Positions 49,230-61,600 of a stretch of 64,000 bases of DNA are shown here, one piece after another; position 1 is the first letter of the stretch; every line of letters begins with the position of its first letter. The DNA is from Vicugna vicugna (Eukaryota): contig MU058009.1 in assembly GCA_013265495.1 (NCBI GenBank), positions 3,367,780-3,431,779 of the forward strand. Reading direction: 5' to 3'. Under the pieces are notes generated by a model, which was given only the letters and a program-made list of their open reading frames with translations, made no database searches and had not been told where the DNA came from. The translations under genes and the position numbers were made by a program.

Positions 49230-49620
49230 TGGGAAGACTCTTGACTTCAGAGCTCAAAGCCCTAACGTCTCTCTTGAACCTCAGATGTCTCTGTCTCGGT
49301 TCCTAATGGACACACCCACGTAATGATCCACCGGCCTCTCCAGCGGAACGTTTCCCAGCACCTGCATTCTCCCCGCCAAACCTGCTTCTTCCCCAGTCGT
49401 CACCTCATTAGCAGGGACCGCCACTGATTTAGTTGCCCAGGAAACTGCATTTGCTGACTTAAGTGAGGACGTCTCCTTGCTTCCTTGTTCTCCGTCACTG
49501 CATCACCCCAAACAGCAGATCTGACAGCGACTCCTATCAACTGTCTCAGAAATGTGTTTCCAGTCCGTCTCCTCTTCCCTCCTCCTGCCACCACTCTGGG
49601 CTCAGCCACTGTAAACTTTT
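49230..49620 (+). mobile_element. L2 fragment
   Basis: CTCTCTTGAACCTCAGA...CCAAACCTGCTTCTTCCCCAGTC...AGTTGCCCAG...CCTCCTGCCACCACTCTGG. Confidence 0.6.
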
Positions 49621-50275
49621 ATTGGACCTTCGGTGAGTGCCTCTCACCCCTCTCCTGCTCTCTCATCTCCTATCAATCATTTATCTACCTAATTTTAAAA
49701 CAAGGAATAAAAGAACATTTCCTCATGGTCTAATAAAGTGTAAAAGGGCAGTAAAAGTGTGCCTCATGATTCTGTACCACGTCCAGTCTCCCTCCTCTAG
49801 CAAACCTCAAATTAAAACAAAGAAGAAATAACAACTTGGGCCAAACCAAATGCAATTGCCAATTTTTGTTGATTTTTGACCCCCAGAAACGGCAGTTGGG
49901 TGCACATCCTCCACTAGCGTCTTGGAGTCCCTTTCAGCTACTCTGCAACGTTTACACACGCAAATACAAGGCGTAACTTGGGCCCCACTCCCTCCTTTTG
50001 CACAAAAAGCCATATCCTTTACAATCTGGTTTGTATCAGCTCTTTTTGTTCTTTAATAATCTATCTTGGGGATACCTTGTTAATGGTCGGTAGAGGCTTT
50101 ATTTTTTTTTTAAACAACCTTTGAGCAGTTCCACTATATGGATAGACCCTCACCAATTTTCTTTCTTTGCTATTGATAGACATTTACACTTTCCCCAGTA
50201 TTTCGCCATCGCACAGTGCTGCGGTGACGGACGGACCTTGTGCATACACAGCTCCATGAACATTACATTCTTGCA

Positions 50276-50442
50276 GGGAGGGTAGAGCCCAGCGGGAGAG
50301 AGCATGCTTAGCGTGCACAAGGTCCTGGGTTCAATCCCCAGTGCCTCCATTAAATAAATAAAAACAAACAAATAAATAAATAAGCAAACCTAATTACCTC
50401 CCCTCTAAACAAATAAAAATAAATAAATAATAATTAAAAAAA
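50276..50442 (+). mobile_element. tRNA-Ala-derived SINE (camelid Vic-1-like)
   Basis: GGGAGGGTAGAGCCCAGCGGGAGAGAGCATGCTTAGCGTGCACAAGGTCCTGGGTTCAATCCCCAGTGCCTCCA, (TAAA)n, CCTAATTACCTCCCC, A-rich tail; decayed TSD ACATTACATTCTTGCAG versus ACGTTAAATTCTTAGCAG. Confidence 0.9.
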
Positions 50443-50785
50443 GCCCAGAACAAGACGTTAAATTCTTAGCAGAGTTCTTTACTGTCACTCTTCCCTTTCT
50501 CCAGTCCATTCTCTAACAACCAAGGTTCAAACATAATTCAGACGATGCTATCCTTACGCTTAAGATCCTCCAATGACTTCCCATGGTGTTCACAATAAAA
50601 ACACGTGGCCCTACGTGATCGCTGCCTCCACCCCCAGCCTGTGTCCCTCCCACCGTGTCACCAAAGCCCAGCCTTCCTAGTGTCCCGCAGAAATGCATGT
50701 AGGAACTCTGCACTCATGCCTGGAACATCATCTCCTGGGTCTTCCCGTCGCTGTCTTCCTGCCACTTAGGTTTGGTTTAAATGCA

Positions 50786-51003
50786 GAGCTGTGCTGGTAA
50801 GTGTTTCACATCCAGCTCTCCAGGAAAAACGAAGCCGTGACTTGTAGCATTTGAAGCTCAGAATGTGCAGATTTGTAGCAGAGACCACACAGTAGACGCT
50901 CTGCTGCGGCCTACTTGGCGCCGCCGGCGTCCTGACGGACAGCTCACGCTGCTGCGGAACTACCTGTGCCGCTGGATCGGCAGCCGGCTCCTGCGCAACA
51001 GTG
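50786..51003. mobile_element. hAT DNA transposon fragment (MER63-like)
   Basis: GTGCTGGTAAGTGTTTCACATCCAGCTCTCCAGGAAAAA...TTGTAGCATTTG and a terminal AGCCGGCTCC; family assignment from memory. Confidence 0.45.
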
Positions 51004-51077
51004 CTTTAAATGTTTCTCTTCCCGAGCTCCAGATTTAAAGTGCCTTACCCTTGACCTGAAAACAGAGGCTGCATCTT

Positions 51078-51252
51078 TTTTTTTGTCTGTTTTTGTTGTA
51101 TTAAAGTGTAGTTAATTGACAATATTGTGTTAGTTTCAGATTACAGCAAAATGATTCACTTACACATACACATGTATACCTCTGTATTCCTTGTTTCTGC
51201 TTCTTCTCCATGATAGTTTGGGATTACAAGACATTGAACATAGTTCCCTGTG
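51078..51252 (-). mobile_element. Short L1 3'UTR insertion
   Basis: ACAATATTGTGTTAGTTTCAG...GACATTGAACATAGTTCCCTGTG; decayed TSD GAGGCTGCATCTT (51065) versus GAGGATACATCTT (51253). Confidence 0.88.
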
Positions 51253-52249
51253 GAGGATACATCTTAAATATGGTCTGTGTATGATGGTGACATTAGTGAA
51301 TTAATTTTCTTAGGGACTACATACAATGTCTTTATTTTGGGGAGATACATGTTTGAAGTATTTAAGGATGGAGAGTCATGATGTCTACAGTTAATCTACA
51401 AATTAATTTTTATATGAGGGAGAACAAAAAAGAGGGGGTAAGGAGAGAGAGAATGGGGGGAAGTGTTAATATTCGTGCGTCTAGGTGAGGAGTATGTGGG
51501 TGTTCATTATTATGCTCCTTCGCAAAATGGTGGAGGTATGCTGGGCAGGGAAGACTTGGACCCATGATGCCTTGGGTCCCCTGAGCTTTCGTGCTCTGTG
51601 TGTTTTGATTGGGACTTGTGTTGCTTCCAAGTCTCTCTGTTTTAAATGTTGCCGTAGTTACGGCGATGATGACAAAGTTGATGAAGACTGGCTGGTCAGG
51701 GGGTGGGTGGCGGGTTATTGAGAACCCAGGACGTGCCGGGCGCTGAGTGAGGCACTTTTATTAATGGTGGTTTCCTGGCGTCCCTGTGAGATCACTGTTA
51801 CTTGTGTGCCCATTTTATAGATGAGGAGAAGGATGCTCAGCCAAACCTTGCCTGAGGCCATCCTGTTGGTCACCAAGTGGCCATGGGTGGTAATTCGGGT
51901 GATAAAAATTAAGTGAAGGTTTTTCATTGCAACTATTGGGAATCCCATGTTTTGAGAGTCAAAGAAATGTCCTGCTTCTGGGACTCAGACTCAGCAGGGC
52001 CAAGTCTCTCGTGAGATCCACGATCACCTCACACGTGGTAGTCTCCCGTGGGTTCCCCGCCCCTCCCATTTCCACCAGGTGCCGTGCACTTACTTCCTTA
52101 TTCTAGTACTCTGGGCATCTCGAGATCACCTTCGGTGATTTCTTCCTCTTCTATCTTCATATCCAAGCATTCATCAAGTTCTGGTCTTTCACAGCTGAAT
52201 TCAGTGATAATGTGTCAGATACGGCGTGAGAAACTGAACAACAACAGCT

Positions 52250-52440
52250 CCTTAATTTATATCGTGCTAGAGCGTTTCACAGGGCATCCACACGCATTAT
52301 CTTATTTAGTTCTCACAGTGGCCCCTGAAATAGATGACCTGCATTTCACAGATGGAGAGATGGAAGCTCAGAGAGGACCACAGTCAGACAGCCAACGGGA
52401 GGAAGAGCCATGCGTGATGCAGCCCAGGGCCCAGTGTTCC
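52250..52440 (-). mobile_element. MIR
   Basis: ATTATCTTATTTAGTTCTCACAG...CATTTCACAGATGGAGAGATGGAAGCTCAGAGAGG. Confidence 0.75.
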
Positions 52441-52996
52441 CTTCAGTGCGGTATCCGCAGTGTCGCCTGCATTCCTCTTTCGTTTTCATTTCCACAGTTT
52501 CTACCAGAGCCGAGGTCCACGTCAGCTCAGCTCTGCTCTGTAACAGCCTTGGGGTTGGTGTCCTTGTTTCTGTCCACTTCAATCCGGATTTACAGCTGCC
52601 TCCTGGTTTTTAACCCTCCAGTGGCTCCCCATGACTTAAGTCTGAGTCGCACTCCTCTAGAATCTCTCTGGGCTCTCCCTGATCTGTCCCGACGGGACCT
52701 GGTGCAAGTGCGTGTCCCGCCCTCCCCTCTTACTGTGAGGGTCTGCCTGGCACCCTCGTGTGCATCAGGCCGTTCGCTGTGATTCATTTACGTAAGTGCC
52801 TCCAAGCAGATCTGGTTCATCTTTGCATCCGCGGCACCTGTCGCTACCCCGTGCACGTTGTCACCTCTCAATTCCCCCGGCACACGGCCATGACCCTTTG
52901 CACTCTGATCTTATCACTAAAAGCCTCGGTTCTTAATGAGTCAACTGCCTCGCGCTGGGATCATCCTAAATTCTGGGTGATACTTATAGTTTACAA

Positions 52997-53151
52997 CTTT
53001 GCTACTCAAAGTCCAGACCAGCAGGGTAAGGATCACCTTGGAGCTTGTAAGAAACACAGAATCTCAGGGAACCTCATGCTAAGTCAAGGTCTACATTTTA
53101 ACAAGGTCCTACTGGGTGACTAGCTTGCACGTTGGGTCCTGAGAAGCACTG
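52997..53151. mobile_element. MER5A-like element
   Basis: GCTACTCAAAGT...GGAGCTTGTAAGAAACACAGAATCTCAGG...CATTTTAACAAG...TGAGAAGCACTG. Confidence 0.75.
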
Positions 53152-53204
53152 AGCCAAATGTTCTAGTCATGATGTGATGGGCCCAACAGAGGCTTGAATT
53201 TACA

Positions 53205-53318
53205 AAAGATGGGTTTGAATCCCAGCTCTGCCACTTGGTCGCTGGGTAGCCTTGAATAAACTTGTAACGTTCTCTGGGCTTCTGTTTCCTTACACATGAA
53301 ATGAGGACAGTGATAACT
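53205..53318 (+). mobile_element. MIR
   Basis: TGGGTTTGAATCCCAGCTCTGCCACTT...TCTCTGGGCTTCTGTTTCCTTACACATGAAATGAGGA. Confidence 0.8.
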
Positions 53319-53324
53319 CAGCAG

Positions 53325-53338
53325 CCACCAGGAGGCGC
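53325..53338 (+). promoter_or_regulatory. Candidate CTCF site
   Basis: CCACCAGGAGGCGC has one mismatch to the CCASYAGRKGGCRS core. Confidence 0.4.
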
Positions 53339-55167
53339 TCTGTATGTGTGATTACCAGTTACCGCAAACACTCGCACCTTGGGTTTTCTCACCCCATTTT
53401 CGAGCTGAGAAAACGGAGGCTTCCCGGTACTGGCCAAGGAACACAATGCGCCAGCTGCCCGAGTTGCAGCTGAGACCTGGCTGCGGGACGGTGACCGCCG
53501 CGTCCCTGCGCTCCCCGTGCCGTCCTCCGCTCTGTCGGGCCCCATCGCGTCTTCCTGCGAGGGCTGCGCGGGATGCAGGTGGCTGTGGGCTTTGTGCCCG
53601 TGGAGCCGCACGCAAACACGTCGGTCATTGGTCGTACGACTGGCTTGAAGCGTTCTCTAATCGCCTTAAATACTGTACTCGATGTCCTTGCAGCTAACAG
53701 TGTTCTTCCTTACTGCCTGGGTGTTTGACGAATGTGAGGGACCACTGCGTGCTGCAAACCGGAAATCTCAAACACGCACTGAGTGTGCACGTGGACGCTT
53801 GCACGAGCTGGTTAGTGACCAGCCGGGGAGGAGAGAGAGGCGGTAGAAAATGGGGGAGACGAGGGTAAACTGGCACCTGATTTATCTGGGGGACAGGAGA
53901 GTGTGAGAGAGAATTGGTTAGAAGCAGGGCTGGGAAAGGACAGAGGATCAACCTGGAGTGTTTTAGATTATTCAAAGGGGGCGGCAGAATTCCGGAGAAC
54001 GTCCTGGGTGGCCACAGCTAGGGCAGTGCTGTCGCGGGGTTTGGACGTGGTGTCTGTCAGCTGAGTGTAGTGTTTCTCCAGGACGTCGGGCCTTCTCGTG
54101 CCGTGCCACTTGTCCCTTTTGTGCATGAATGTGTCATTCACCCATCGGTGCTGCTGGGGGAGTTTTAAAATGGGAAGAAGAGCCAAAACAGGACCTTAAC
54201 AATGTCTAGAAGCTACAGAATTGGCGTTGTTCCTAGAAGTGCTTGCCGGATTGGGGACATCACCGAATGCATCCACCATCACCGCTCTGCCGCCCTCCCG
54301 CCTTGGGAATGGAGTGGCCACCCCCGTGCTGGGAGTACAGCCCCCCAGGGCCCTGACGCGTGCGTTTTCACATGTGCCCCTCCTGAGGGGGAGGCGCCGT
54401 CCTGGGTCACAGCAGAGGAACTGGAGCAGCGGGTCTGATCCATCCCGGCGGGGAGATTTAGACCCTCAAAGGAGAGAAGGCTTCAGCCAGCTCAGGGTGC
54501 CTGGGGCTGCCTGTGATTTTCATCTCAACCCAAGGACTGTGTTTGGAAAACTGTGAAGAGCGAATTTCTTAAGGACTAGAAGCTAAGAGAGAGCTCTGGC
54601 CAGTTGAGACAGCTGAAGTCCTATGGATTTAAGGGGAGAATCCAGACTCTCTCCCTAAGCTGGGTCAGGCTGGACCGCACACCTACCCTGGGGACCTATA
54701 ATGGACAGCTTGTATGTGGGCGGTGTTCTTAGACCCTCACCCTGCTCCCCGCCCAATGCCAAGGAAATTAAAGAAAAGGGCCAGACTTCCAGAGCTGAGT
54801 TTATGGAGCAGAGGCAGCGTCACGTACTTTGGCCCGGGAAATGACTTCGTATTCGTTACACCACCCAGTAAAATAGTCATCTACTTGAGGGCAGAGAGCA
54901 GACCGCTGATACACAGTTGGAAAAACACAGCCGTATCCCGGTGCCAGAGCACTGCTGTTCCGACGCTCAGCTCTGCCTTTAATTGCAGTGTGCTCTGTAA
55001 ACTTACTCCAACTCCGTCTATGACGTGGAATAACAACAGCACACTTCACAGGTATTAAAATTAAACATGATGCCCGAGAAAACCCGCCAGTGCCGCTTTA
55101 CCTGTTTCACGTGACCCTAATGTTTGCAACTCGATTTCATGTACAGAAACTTTGAAAACCAGCGATA

Positions 55168-55320
55168 GCAGCTTGCTGAGCGCTCGCTGTGTGAGGCACT
55201 GCGTTGTTTAAGCACATGCTGTCTAAGCCTTGTAACTCCTTTCTGGAGTAGATACTGTTGTCCACATTTTACAGATGAGTAAATGAAGGCTTAACAAAAT
55301 TAACTCACTGACTGCATAGC
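55168..55320 (-). mobile_element. MIR
   Basis: CTGAGCGCTCGCTGTGTGAGGCACTG...CACATTTTACAGATGAGTAAATGAAGGCTT. Confidence 0.75.
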
Positions 55321-55493
55321 TGCTGGACCTCTGAAGCCTGGACCACCTTGGTAGCTCAGATCTAGCGTCATGACGGACAGTTGGCCGCAGACACGTGGGC
55401 TGATTTATAATCATGTGAGGGAGGAGCAGGACTGCTGGGGGGAGCCGCTCCCTTTTTGTCCTAAAGTCACAGGTCAGCAAAAGCTCTTTTGTG

Positions 55494-55629
55494 TAGGGAT
55501 GCAGTTAAACATGAATTTCAGACAAACAGTGAATACTGCTTTAGTATGACTATATCCCATACGAAATCTGGAACATACATATAGTAAAATTACATGTTAT
55601 CTTTTTATTTGCTAAATCTGGCAACCCTA
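55494..55629. mobile_element. MER53-like hAT element
   Basis: CAGTTAAACATGAATTTCAGACAAACA...TTTTTATTTGCTAAATCTGGCAACCCTA (terminal inverted repeat end). Confidence 0.75.
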
Positions 55630-58600
55630 TTATAGGAGGGCGTCAGTCTCAGAATTGTTTAGACTCTACCAGAACCTAAACCTGTCACTGGGCCTCAGGG
55701 CTTGGCTGGGATCTGAGCAGTGTTTCCAGAAGTCAGAGTGCGACAGTGGGACAGCCTAGGTTGCGCCTCAGGACATCTGTCTTCTAAGTCCCAGTGCCAC
55801 CCTGCCTGGACGGGCTGCCCTCCCCTATCCCCCCGCTGGCTCTGTGGTCCCCAATCTTCCCACTGTCCCTGGGAGCAGTGTGCTGTTTGTGACTGGGCTT
55901 CGGAGCAGAAGGTGTTGGCATCAGTGCCATGAAATGGGTGTCATCTCCAGGAACCAAAGGTTTGAGCAGAGAAGTGGACCAGAAGCAGGGGACGTCCCAC
56001 GACTGTCTGTAGGAGCGAGGGATCGGGAGAGAATTGACACGTAGACTCTGAGAACCAATTCATCCAGAGCCAATTTCAGCTCAGACCAGGGGGAAAATTG
56101 CTGTTCAAATTGGTATTTCCATTGCCAGGTTTATCGACAAAATGAAATAAAAAAGCACCTTTGTGTTATGAAGTTGTTGTAGATTACAAAAAGGAAAGGT
56201 GGCTGGGGAGGGGGTTGTGCTTTGCAGAGGGCAGCCCGCTGGGTCTCACAGGCCTTTTCTTCTGTAAGAGAAGAAATACTCATGGGCGAGCCAGATGCAC
56301 TCCGGTCCCCAGGAAGCATGCGACCCGGGGCTCCGGGTGGGATCTGTCCTCCGGGCATGCGCCACGTGCCAGGCATTCTTCCCTCCTTCCTGGAGGCTGG
56401 AAGCTACTTGTCCTCGTTTCAAAACCGGGGAGGCAGGAGCAGGTAAGGGGAGTGACTCTCCTAAGGTCGCAGGTGGACAAGGCAGGTGGCAGCTTTGGGC
56501 TGATCAGACACAATTCTCTACACCTGGGCCTGGACCCCCCACAACCCCGCGGGCCCCCTCCCAGACCTGATCAGGAAGCCTGGGCTGACAAGTGCTCCCC
56601 GGAAACATCTGCTGGTCCCCACCCGTCCTTGCAAGTGTACAAGCACCGTAAGGCCTGGACGTCTGTCCCTCTCCGTGCTGCTCTGCCATCTCCAGCCCTC
56701 TCTCACCGGGCTTCGCCATCCTTCCGGGCTCCTCTCCGTCTGAGATGTGTCAGGACCAGAACTGGTGGGGCCGTACAAGCAGCCAGCAGCCCTTCCATAA
56801 TTGCCACTGACGGGGAAACACAGGAGCAAACGCGGAGCAACGCACCTGTCACTGTGTGATGGGATGGAAACCTCTGCTGAGGAGTTAAAGCCAGAAACAT
56901 CCAGCAGGGCCCTACCTGAGGGCGAGCTCCCGACATCTGGAACCATCTGGAACGTCGGCTCGCGGGAGCTGCTGTGCCATCACCACGCGGTGGCCTGCCG
57001 GCAGCGGCCAGGCTGTGACTGCAGAAGGGACCGGAGGGGAGGGGCTGACGGAGTGGGGAGGGCTGGTTACCAACCGGAGCCTGGTGACAAGAAGGCCCCT
57101 TTCCCCTTCAGTGACCACAGGGACAGAGTGGCCCCACCCGCTCCTCCACAGAGGCTCTTGGAAAGCCTGATGTGAGGAAGGCCCTGTCCTCGCAGGAGGC
57201 ATTGAGCGCTTTGTGGCTGGCCTCCCATCTGGTTGACTGGGCTGTGACAGCTCTGGGTTTGCGCTCTCGAGGGGAGAGTGCTGTGGTCGCGCAGAGGGGA
57301 GCAGCTCCTGGGAGGGGCTGCCCGCGTGGCCGTGCCTGGGCTCCCGAGAGGGACAGTGCGTCACTGCCGGGACAACTGAACCCTGCAGAGGGCCCAGAAG
57401 AAGTCCAGTCGGTGACCCTTAGAGGTGGCGGGCTGGCGAAGGGTGCTGTCTGTGGGCAGGTGTGTACTATGTTTGGAGGTGGCAGGGATGATGGTGGTGA
57501 GGACTCCATCCCTGCATCGGGAGCAGATGTCTGAAATCCGATGTGCCTGCTGTGGTGGGAATTCCCAGAACTGGAGCTCTTTGCTGGAACCCACGGTCTT
57601 TGATGAACGGATGCGTCCTCTGTTTGCAAGGAGTTTGAAGGGCCTTGGGCTTGGGTTGACTGGAGATGCCGCCCCTCTCCTGACCTTCATCTCCTTGCCC
57701 CGCACTCAGCCCATGGGCTCCTGCTGTGAACTCCCCGCACACCGGCTCCAGGGGGCCGTTCTCAGGAAGCCGGCCGGTGGTCCCTGGGAGCTCCTTCTTA
57801 GGTCCTTTGTGTCTTACTTTTCTTGTTTGCAAAATGGGGAGAAAAGTTTTGGCTGCACACCATCTCTAAGTACCACAGGGATGAGTCAGGGTCTGGGGTG
57901 TGAGACCTAACGTCTTCATCCTCTGGTTCACCCAGGGGGGCGCTGCTACGGGAGGTCGTCCTGTTTCTACGGAAACTGGAAAGGGTGAAAATGAGGGAAG
58001 CAGAAAGCAGTCCTTCCCCACAATCATTTAGGGATAAAATTGAAAACAATTTTTTTTCTGTGTAAACCAATCGTGAGATTTTTATGGAATGGAGCTAAAA
58101 ATAAGCAGCAGGTTATCCTATTTTACATCAAGGCAGAAAGGAGTAGGTGTTCGTTCCAGGCGCAGCCCCACTTCTGGGCGTCACGTGCTTCCACTTTTTA
58201 GTCCCAGGAGGACAGGCGCTGCCCAGCAGCGGCGAAAAATAGGGCTTCCAAGGGGACCTGCTCTCCAGTCAGCAAACCGGGTGTGGGTGTCGCACTCTGG
58301 CCACCTGTGGCGCCCCACTGAGGCCTAAGCATCAGATTACTTTTTAATCTTAAAATTCACACATGTTGCTCTGAAATTCCTAGAGTTTTTCGGACACGAC
58401 GGGGCGGGCTGGTAAAGAGAACAGTTGCCGCTCCGAACCCTGATCCCCGCAGTGAACAAGGCAGACGGCTCCCCGAGCCCGCGGGCTCCCCTGTGAGCGG
58501 CGGAGCTCGCTCACCTGCTCTGTGTCCGTCACTGAGCTATAGTGTCAAGATCAGCCCCCGGAAACAGCAGTGGTGCCGTGTGGACTCTGTGCAGGTGGGT

Positions 58601-61600
58601 CGTGAGCCAGCCTGGTTAGGGCTCAGCCCCTGTGAGGGGGACCTGGGCTCCACCCACAGCTGGCCCTTTAAGCCCCCCGGTCCGGGGCCCCTGGGATTAG
58701 CTCCCTGGGGATGGGGCCCTTGGCCTTGCAGGGACAACCCTGGAAACCTGGTGGTCAAGTCCGGCACCCAGTAGGAATACAGCGAGGGGATCAGAGTGAG
58801 GGGGAGGCGAATGTCGGGGTGGCGGCGTCAAGGGGGAGAGGAACGGGGGAGCCTGGCACACAGGAATGGCCTGTGGCAGCGGTGCTTTCACCCCAGGCTC
58901 CCGGAGTCGCCTTCCGCTTTCTGCAGGCGCCCCTTCAGTTCACGTCCTGGGTGCTTAGACTTTACGGCCAGGATCGGGGCAAGTGCGGACGTCAGGGTGG
59001 GGATGGGGCTGTGGCCAAAATGCCTTAAACGCTCTGCCGGAAGCTCAGGTCAAACACTGGCCGTATCTGGGGAGCCTTCAGACCTGGAATAAAGCCCTCT
59101 GCGTCCTGCCTGAGATCAGTACTTGTGACATCTTATGCGTGAGGAAGTTTGCAAGAGTGGCACACCGTGTGCGTGTGTGTGTCTGGGCGCCTGCGAGGGG
59201 GAGATGCAAGGCAAGCAGCCTCTACCCTCTTCTTAGCGCTCAGGGTTTTCTAGATCCCGCCCCTGGGGCTGGAGCAGCGACGTGGGGGTGGGGTCCGCCC
59301 CTGTCTAACCATGTCTGTCTCATCTATAATTTCCCTTGTGAGAGTCCCAGACTCTCAAGTGCCAGCCAGGCTGGAATAATAGTTTTAGTAACATTCGCAT
59401 GCGAACCTTCTTCTATTTCTAGCCCTGCTCCCGTGTTAATCGTTTCACTCACTAGACAGAAGGAGCCCACGCTAGGGGCTCGTCTCCATTTTACAGATTA
59501 GGAGACTGGGGCCAGGCGCGAGCAGCCGGCCCCGCGTCCCGGATGCAGACTCACGGAGCTCTCCCGCTTCCTAGACGTGGCCGTTCCTCATACGCAAACA
59601 TGATGTCCTGGCCTGCTGGCTGTTGGTGTTCGAGGCTGGATTCAAAGCCAGGAGGGCGCACTCTTGGCAGGGAGCTTGGTCGCCAAGTAAATGATATTCT
59701 TCCAAGAAAGTTTCCACTAGAGTCTAGATTCAAGCCGAAGTCCAGGCTAGCTCTCGTTCCACCTGGTCTTAGTTCGGATGGCTACCTGCTAGTGTTCACT
59801 GGTGCATCCCTCGCAGGAAGTTATTGGGAAATACCATGTGTTTACCCATAATTACACAGCCGAGCAGATTACTCACTAATTACGCTCAGCGGGTGCAAAA
59901 GTCATTAGCTCAACACATCCCGGTACTGGGGGCAAAGGAGACATGCCGCTCTGCATTAATCTAGTAATTGCATATTATTTACCATATCTAGGGTTATTTT
60001 GCCCCAGAACCATAACAAAGAGCTGTGTGGTGCCCCTGCTGAAGCCATGTGGCGATGCAAGTCCAGGGCAGTGTGACTGTCCCCTCCCAGCCTGCTCGTG
60101 TGAACGATGTGGACGGCCAGACTGGGACGGACACTTGGAGGTCTCGGGCCAGCCCGGTGGCCGAAGAACTGGACTTTAACAGCCGAGCTGCCATTCCCCC
60201 AGCGTGTCTCTCCTAAACAAATTTAAAACCCTAGGCCAGCCTCCCCAATGCCCAGCGTGTTCCAGAGCTGCTGTGTGCTCAGGGAATTAAAACTAATTTT
60301 AATATTAGCCCTAAGCAAAGCATAATTAGAAAGATAAATCTTCAGCCAGTCTCTCCTACTCAGACCTCCCCACCATCACCTCCCCACCATCCCACCTCCC
60401 TGCCACAATGCATTATGAAGCCAAACACAAATGGCTTTGAGATGGTCTGGAGCAACACTAAACACATTTGTTCAGCTAATTGAAAGCTGGTTCCGACGTC
60501 AGGAAGACACCAGTGGTGTGACACCTGTGAGGCAGTGACAGTCCCTGATGCCGACACTGAGAGGGGGACACCGCAGGGCACGGACCTCCCCCTGCTCGTT
60601 CCTTCAGCTCCAACATCAGTGCATCATTTGTTCCTGGAGCAGCTGCTGGCTTATCATGGCCACAAGAACCCATAAAGCCAATGGTGAGATATTTCTTGCA
60701 CTAAACGATGCTGCCTTGGATTTCAAATGCCCGTCTTCACCCCCAGAAATAGCTCCATCTTTCATACCTTTTTATCGCCGCAGAGGACTCTCCTTGTTTC
60801 TCCTTGAGAAGCACATGCAGGTAAGCAGGCCAGGGCCTGGGGGCTTAAGGAAGGAAGGGCCGTGATGGTGCAGGATCGGCCCTCCCACTACGGGCAGGAG
60901 ACAAGGCCTGTGTGGCGGATGGTGGGCTGCCTCTACCCCTGTGGTCAGGGCGCGCCGAGCCCGTGCAGACGTGAGGACAGGTGGCCTCTCAGTCACTGGG
61001 AGAGAAGAAGGCATAGGGTTTAGGGAGAACGCGGCATGTGGGTTGGGGACCTTTGAACTTGCTGCTTCATGCTGCTGAAAATGGGCTTAGCTGGTGAGGA
61101 CAGGCTATCTTGTCTCAGAAGACAAGACTATTTCTCGTTCTTATTTATCTTTCTTCGAGGAGTCACTGAACAAGCAGCAGAGTTTGCCTTCGCTGAAGGC
61201 TCAGGGATCACTTCCTCCTTTGGAAAGTGCCAAGTACCCTTCTGGTAGCACCACCGTCAGCCTGCAGACTGGATCCTGAAGGGAGAAGTGAAGATGGCGA
61301 CGCAGAGCAGAGCCCGGCAGTCATGGCCACGGGGTCAGCCTCTGCCCCCAGGCGGGGTGCGAAAGACCACATCCAGGGTCACCCCAGACTCTGGCTCACT
61401 TCCTCCAGCCCCCCGGCCCCCGGCCCCCGGGAGGCCAGCGGGAAGAGCAGTTTCCCTCTTTACCCGGAGTCCCCTGGGGGCTCCGCCCTCAGCCAGCCCC
61501 GTGGGGGTCTGCCTGACCCTGCGCGAGAGGGATTGAGCAGCAGTCATCTTCCTCCTGGCTACACGTCTGACTCAACCACACAATTCCTGCCCCGGTCCCA

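Noticed and set aside
52048..52782. 244-aa ORF (likewise 293-976, 38892-39554, 56161-56859)
   Set aside because: They run through MIR/L2 remnants or GC-rich DNA, mostly use non-ATG starts and show no recognisable domain.
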